Shown here: in pieces, positions 59,091 through 64,000 of the stretch | Position numbering within the stretch: position 1 is the stretch's first letter | Layout: each line of letters opens with the position of its first letter | Origin: Selaginella moellendorffii | Taxonomy: Eukaryota; Plantae; Lycopodiophyta | Length of the DNA: 64,000 bases | Direction: 5' to 3' | NCBI RefSeq assembly: GCF_000143415.4 | Contig: NW_003314290.1 | Coordinates: 372,001-436,000 of the forward strand | Translations under genes and position numbers: made by a program | Notes under the pieces: model-generated | Told to the model about the DNA's origin: nothing | Databases searched by the model: none | Seen by the model: only the letters and a program-made list of their open reading frames with translations

Positions 59091-60536
59091 TTACATTGGA
59101 CAAAAGGTCCTCACGAATTCGTTCATGCTCTCGTAAGACGACCCTCCCGGCTCCATCGCCGCCGCCACCACTCCCTTCATCTCCATCGCCCTTTTCCTCA
59201 TCGCGGCTCCCTCCTCCCCCGCCAGTAGCCCCTCGATCGCCGCCGCAATACCCCGCTCGTTCACGTCGCAATCCGGCCCGTGCCCGACCTCCACACCGAT
59301 CCCCCACTTGTGCGTCATGAGCAGGCTGTTCATGTTTTGCTCTGCGCCAAACGCCCAGCACAGCGTCGGCACCCCAGCGCACAGCGCCTCCAGCGTCGAG
59401 TTCCACCCGCAGTGCGTAAAGAAGCCGCCGATGGATGGATGATCCAGGATAGCTCTCTGGGGAGCCCAATCCACGACAAGCCCCTGCCCAGCCAGCCTCC
59501 TCTTCACCGAGTCGTAGAACTCGTCCTCGGCCTCGGGTACCACCTTTCTCATGCTCCACACAAACGCCCGCTTGCTCGACTCCAGCCCGGCGACCAGCTT
59601 CTCAAACTGGTGGAGCGGGAGGATGGATTCCGTCCCAAACGCGATGTAGAGCACCGAGAGCGGTGGCTTTCCATCCAGCCAGTGGATGACCGGGTGATCC
59701 ACCGCGTCCTCAAGGACCTCGGGCGGGATGAGGGGGCCGACTGGGAAGTAGCGCTGGAGCTGGCTGCGCTGGACGGCCACCACCTCGGCCTCGATCTCCT
59801 CGACGGTATTGGCCAGGAATCCCTGCGCTCGCGATGAGTTCTCGAAGCAAGCGATCGCGAACGGAGAGAAATCGTGGTCGACGCCGTAGAAGCAGAGTGG
59901 TAGCCGGGTGGTGGCGAGCGGCACCGGCATTCCGGGCAGGACCGAGACGATCTCGTCCTTGTGTGGGCTCGCTGCAAGCAAGCCGAGGTTAGTCAACGGC
60001 CCGAGTTTTAGTCAATGAGAAGTGTTGACTTAACTGTGGACTGGGATGTGGCCCGTGGATATGAGCAGTGGGACGCTGGCGAAGATGCTCTCGCTCAGAG
60101 TGGCGGCGGTCCAGAACACCACCCGTGGAATATGGAGCTCGTCGGCGGTGTCCTGGCACTTGACGAAGCAATCCGAGATGAGGAGGCTGGGCTTCGTGAC
60201 CTTCCCATTCTCTGCTGGGACTGCTGCTTGATCTAGATCTAGCTTGAACTCCTCCCGGATCACCTGGGTCAGCGCCGCGATGGGCTGCGAGGGGTTGTCG
60301 CCGCGCAGTGGCTCCGGGAATGGGACGAGGCGGATGCTGGCGCGAGCGGTGTCGAAACCGGGGGACTTGAGCACCCGGCGTTGGGCGACGGGGAGGTGCT
60401 CGTGGAAGACAATGATAGTTACCTCGACTGCCCGGTGGGCGAGCTGCCGGGCGAGCTCTAGCGCCGGGTTGAGGTGCCCGAATCCAGTCGCCGGCACCAG
60501 CACTACGGTGTGGTGGCGCTGCTTGGTGGGAGCCAT
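59091..60536 (-). CDS. Family-1 UDP-glycosyltransferase, two exons (60536-60035, 59971-59091), ~460 aa
   Basis: N-terminal GHLNP catalytic His and PSPG box WAPQRAILDHPSIGGFFTHCGWNSTLEALCAGVPTLCWAFGAEQ. A 63-nt GT-AG intron with an ACTAAC branch point joins the ORFs in frame. Confidence 0.93.
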
Positions 60537-61314
60537 CGTTTTCCCTCGATTCCAAGATACTTTTAACAAATGTTCTTAGGGTTTGCGAGTAATTGGAGCT
60601 TGCATTGCTTTCACGATACTGCTGTGGCTCTCTTGTTGCCACGCAGCCCATGAAACTATCACGCAAGTTTGAGCTATCTCTGATTTGGAAATCCTACTTC
60701 CTCGGTAACTACTTGAGGATGGACATCGCCCCACACTATCATACCACAAAGTCTCCACCTCCAGTGCGAGGAAATAGAAAGCGATCATCGGGGGTCCCAA
60801 AGGTATTATTGCAAGACCTAAAACTCGTTTTCAAGAAATGATGCAACACTATAGACTAGGCCATGTTCACGGAATCAATTGAAGGCCAGAAAACAAAGAG
60901 CGCACCTGGCTGGTTGGAACGCTGTTGCTCTCAAACGATCCCGATTTTATAGAAAAATATTATAGCGCTAAATGTTGTTGTATCTGATGGAAGGCATGAA
61001 TGAAGACTTTTTGTCAGCAGCCAAACTGATGCCTGGTGGTGGCATTTGGACAAACCAACACGCATTCGAATCAATGTTACTTGGAAAGCGATCTCGTGAT
61101 CCGTCTGACACAAATCAAATAAACAAATCAATGCTTCCAGCTTTCCTGGAGACGTTGCCTGCTGCGCGTTGTTAAAAAAGTAAAAGTTCCGGCAGTGGCC
61201 CATACGTTACTTGCTTGACCTCTCACGTATCATTCATTCCTGTTGTGTTCACATCGTTTCGCAGTGCCTGGGCTCCGTACGTCAAGATCATTTTCTTATT
61301 ACTGAGTAACAAAT

Positions 61315-61395
61315 AGAACAAGAACAAGAACAAGAACACAAGAACAAGAACAAAAACAAGAACAAGAACAAGAATAATAATAATAATAATAACAT
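61315..61395 (+). repeat. Compound microsatellite (AGAACA)n(AAT)n in the 3' flank of the second BAHD gene
   Basis: Directly visible. Confidence 0.9.
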
Positions 61396-61461
61396 AAAGA
61401 CGATCAAAATGAAAGAAAACAATACATGATACAAGCAAGACTCAAGAGCGAGAGAGTCCGC

Positions 61462-62733
61462 TTAGTTGCCGAGGTGAGCGAGCAGGCTCTGGGCGTGCTC
61501 CTTGCGCACATTGATGAGCACCTCCGTGATCCCGTCCTTGCGCGGCGGCCCAATCGTGAACACCCCCTCGATCCCCACATTCACGGTGGAGAACCGGAAC
61601 GGATCGCCAAACCCAAAGTCAACCTCATACAGCGGAAACCTCGACCAGCACGGGATCATGACATTCGGGATCCAGCTCTGGTCCTTGGCCTCGGCCTGCG
61701 GCGGCCGATCATCCTCGCCCGCCTGCTCCAGCGCAAGGTAGTCAATCACCGACTCGAGAAACACCCGGTTGCTGGCGCGCTTGACGGCCTGCCGGATGAG
61801 CCCCGCGGCGTGCTCCAGTGATCCATCCAGCAGATCCGCGGCGCTCGTCTGCACGAAGGTGTGGTAAATGGCGTTGCCAAAAAACCCGGGCGGGGCATTG
61901 AGGATGGAACGACCATTCGCGGGACAAAAATGCCCGACCAGAGTGCTCCGGTCTTCGAAGTCCCTGGCCGCGGTCATGCACCTCCAGAAGTGCGCGCTCA
62001 AAGTCTCGTAGGTGGTGTATTTGTTCCCGCAGAGAGATTTGAGGTGGGAGATCTGCTTGCTCGTCAAGTTTTCCGTGAGAGTGAGGACCTCTTGCCCCGG
62101 GACGGTGGTGCGCGACATGGGCTTGTGGACGAACTCCACTAGTGGATCCTCCACGACCGGGGGATCTCTGGGAGACAAGAAAGATCGGTCGTGGATGAGC
62201 GGGACGAATCCTGGAGTGAGGGATCCGGTTCTTGCAGCAGATGCCCAGTTGAGCAAGAACTGCGTGTGGGCGGAGCCATCGCACACGCGGTGGTGTCCCT
62301 CCCAGCTGAGGGCCAGCCCCCCGCAAGCGAAGCGCGTCACCTGGATGATGAGCGGCACGCGGTTCATCCCATCGCCCAGCTCCAGCGTCGACGAGCCGAC
62401 GAGATCCTTGACGTCGTTGCCGCGCTTGTCCAGGAAGGGAGCCAGCTCGGAGGAGCACACCGCCTCGACGAAGATCGCGCCTTCGTTGTTGAGATGGATG
62501 CAGTGGCGGCCCAGCTCGTCGCGCCCGATCCGCCCCGCCAGCTCCGGGAAGTGATCCAGCACGGTTGCGAGCCCCGACTCGATGCGCGCGGCTGCTCCGG
62601 CGGGGGCGTTCTCGTAGAAGAGGACGATGGGCATCTGGCTGGTGTGGAAGAGGTCGAGCGGCGTGAGGAGGACCAGCGGAGGGGCGGTGGCGGGGACGGA
62701 CTTGGCCACGCACATCCGCGAGTGGATCTCCAT
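61462..62733 (-). CDS. BAHD acyltransferase paralog, intronless, ~423 aa
   Basis: Same HRVCDG and DFGFG motifs. Near-identical inverted copy of 55343-56617. Confidence 0.93.
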   Translation of the reverse strand: MEIHSRMCVAKSVPATAPPLVLLTPLDLFHTSQMPIVLFYENAPAGAAARIESGLATVLDHFPELAGRIGRDELGRHCIHLNNEGAIFVEAVCSSELAPFLDKRGNDVKDLVGSSTLELGDGMNRVPLIIQVTRFACGGLALSWEGHHRVCDGSAHTQFLLNWASAARTGSLTPGFVPLIHDRSFLSPRDPPVVEDPLVEFVHKPMSRTTVPGQEVLTLTENLTSKQISHLKSLCGNKYTTYETLSAHFWRCMTAARDFEDRSTLVGHFCPANGRSILNAPPGFFGNAIYHTFVQTSAADLLDGSLEHAAGLIRQAVKRASNRVFLESVIDYLALEQAGEDDRPPQAEAKDQSWIPNVMIPCWSRFPLYEVDFGFGDPFRFSTVNVGIEGVFTIGPPRKDGITEVLINVRKEHAQSLLAHLGN

Positions 62734-63223
62734 TGCCAAGAAACGATCGCAAAGAAGAAGACGATCGAGAAGAAGAAGTAATCGCTCTCTCGCTCGCGCT
62801 CCAAGATCTACAAAGAAGAAAGCTCTCGGGGAGAGGAAGAGATTATATGGGTGTTTCTTAAGCTAACTCAAAGGGTGGCTATGGTTCTTCCACAATGCTT
62901 GGATTGTTTCGGAGGGGGAGATTCTACTGTGTCGTGCCCGCCTGACACAGCCATTATTTGCGCCTGGCGTCTCGCGACTTGCGTGGAGGACGAGTGATCT
63001 CTCGCTCTCGCGGTCACGCGCGAGCGATGGATCTCTCGCCACGTCTACGTATTCGTACCCACTCCCTACGTAGACCATACGCTCCAACTTGCCTGGACGC
63101 TTGATTCGAATCTTTAGAAGTTTCCTCGCGTGGGCAAATCGCCACCGTTGGTCCTGAGCGATCCATGAAAGCGAAATGGAAAGACTACTAGCATAACGCT
63201 TGGATCCCACCAACTTTCTCTTG

Positions 63224-63507
63224 TCACATTGCTGTGACTTTGCAGATTGGGCAGAAGTTCTTGCGTACAAGCCACTGCTTGATACAGTTTACGTGGAACT
63301 TGTGACCGCAATCGATCTCGCCCAGATCCTCGCCATTCCAAAAGTCCTCCTGGAAAACAATGCCTCAAACTCTTAGTCAAAGTTCTTTACCTGGCAGATG
63401 CTACACTTGTGCTCGCCATCCCGAGAACTTCCACACTTTAGTAAGCTACGAGCTATCGATTTTTCGCTCAATCCAGTGCTCACCACCCCCATCCTCTCGA
63501 GAAGCTC
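63224..63507 (-). CDS. Last two exons of a RING-H2 E3 ligase (MBR/RHG1-like); upstream exon appears broken
   Basis: 63507-63391 encodes ELLERMGVVSTGLSE...KCSICQ, then a 41-nt intron, then 63349-63224 encodes EDFWNGEDLGEIDCGHKFHVNCIKQWLVRKNFCPICKVTAM*. Confidence 0.7.
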
Positions 63508-63764
63508 CTGCAAAGATATTTCTCTGGACGGCCCAATGAAACGAAGATATTTCTCTGGATGGCGAAACGAAGCCTGCGTAGTTTCCAGGAGTTTCTCTCA
63601 CCTTTAAAGTCTATTATTGACTTCGGAAAACAAAGATAGTCTCGAGAATTCCTGCTTTAAAATGCCATTGAAAGAAAAGTCTAGAGTTTATTCTTTCTAA
63701 AAACTAGGATGTGTGTGGAATGAAAGAACAAGGACGTGAAACTCACAAGTTGACGTGCGCGAAA

Positions 63765-64000
63765 TCACGACACTGCTGTGGCCTTGCAGATCGGGCATAA
63801 GTTCTTATGTCCAAGCCACTGCTTGATACAACCGATGTGGAACTTGTGACCACACTCGATCCGCCCCAGCTGCTCGCCATTGCGATACTCCTCCTGGAAG
63901 CGAGAGCCAAACGTTTAGATCTCCTGTTCCAGAATCGCAGTTTTTTTCACCTGGCAAATGCTACACTTGAGCTCCCCATCCTGCCCGCACCCGGCAAACA
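63765..64000 (-). CDS. 3' end of a RING-H2 E3 ligase gene continuing past the window
   Basis: ...ELKCSICQ, intron 63894-63950, then EEYRNGEQLGRIECGHKFHIGCIKQWLGHKNLCPICKATAVS*. Confidence 0.85.

Noticed and set aside
55260-62804. Long antisense and alternate-frame ORFs over the BAHD and UGT genes
   Set aside because: Shadow ORFs expected from GC-rich codon usage. No recognisable domains.

Overview
Plant genomic DNA, probably a lycophyte such as Selaginella. That assignment is inferred from the 41-63 nt introns and the gene families present, not confirmed. The left two thirds (~1.7-42.4 kb) is a nest of Ty3/Gypsy LTR retroelements whose boundaries, target-site duplications (TSDs), primer-binding sites (PBS) and polypurine tracts (PPT) can be read directly. 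It holds four copies plus a solo LTR of a non-coding 'family A', and one near-intact chromovirus plus a solo LTR ('family B'). A two-exon MACPF/perforin-like gene sits as an island at 14.1-15.6 kb. The right third is gene-rich: a PPR pseudogene, two tandem kinase-less LRR receptor-like genes with a BRI1/BRL-type island domain, a BAHD-UGT-BAHD block in an inverted duplication, and RING-H2 genes or fragments. Two observations stand out. (1) The chromovirus integrase is split by two ~50-nt GT-AG introns, and their removal exactly restores the D,D(35)E spacing and the GPY/F motif. (2) A ~250-nt multi-hairpin element with two tRNA T-loop-like hairpins and compensatory base changes is shared between this element and its non-coding partner family. 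Together they suggest a splicing-regulated retroelement system with a parasitic non-autonomous partner.
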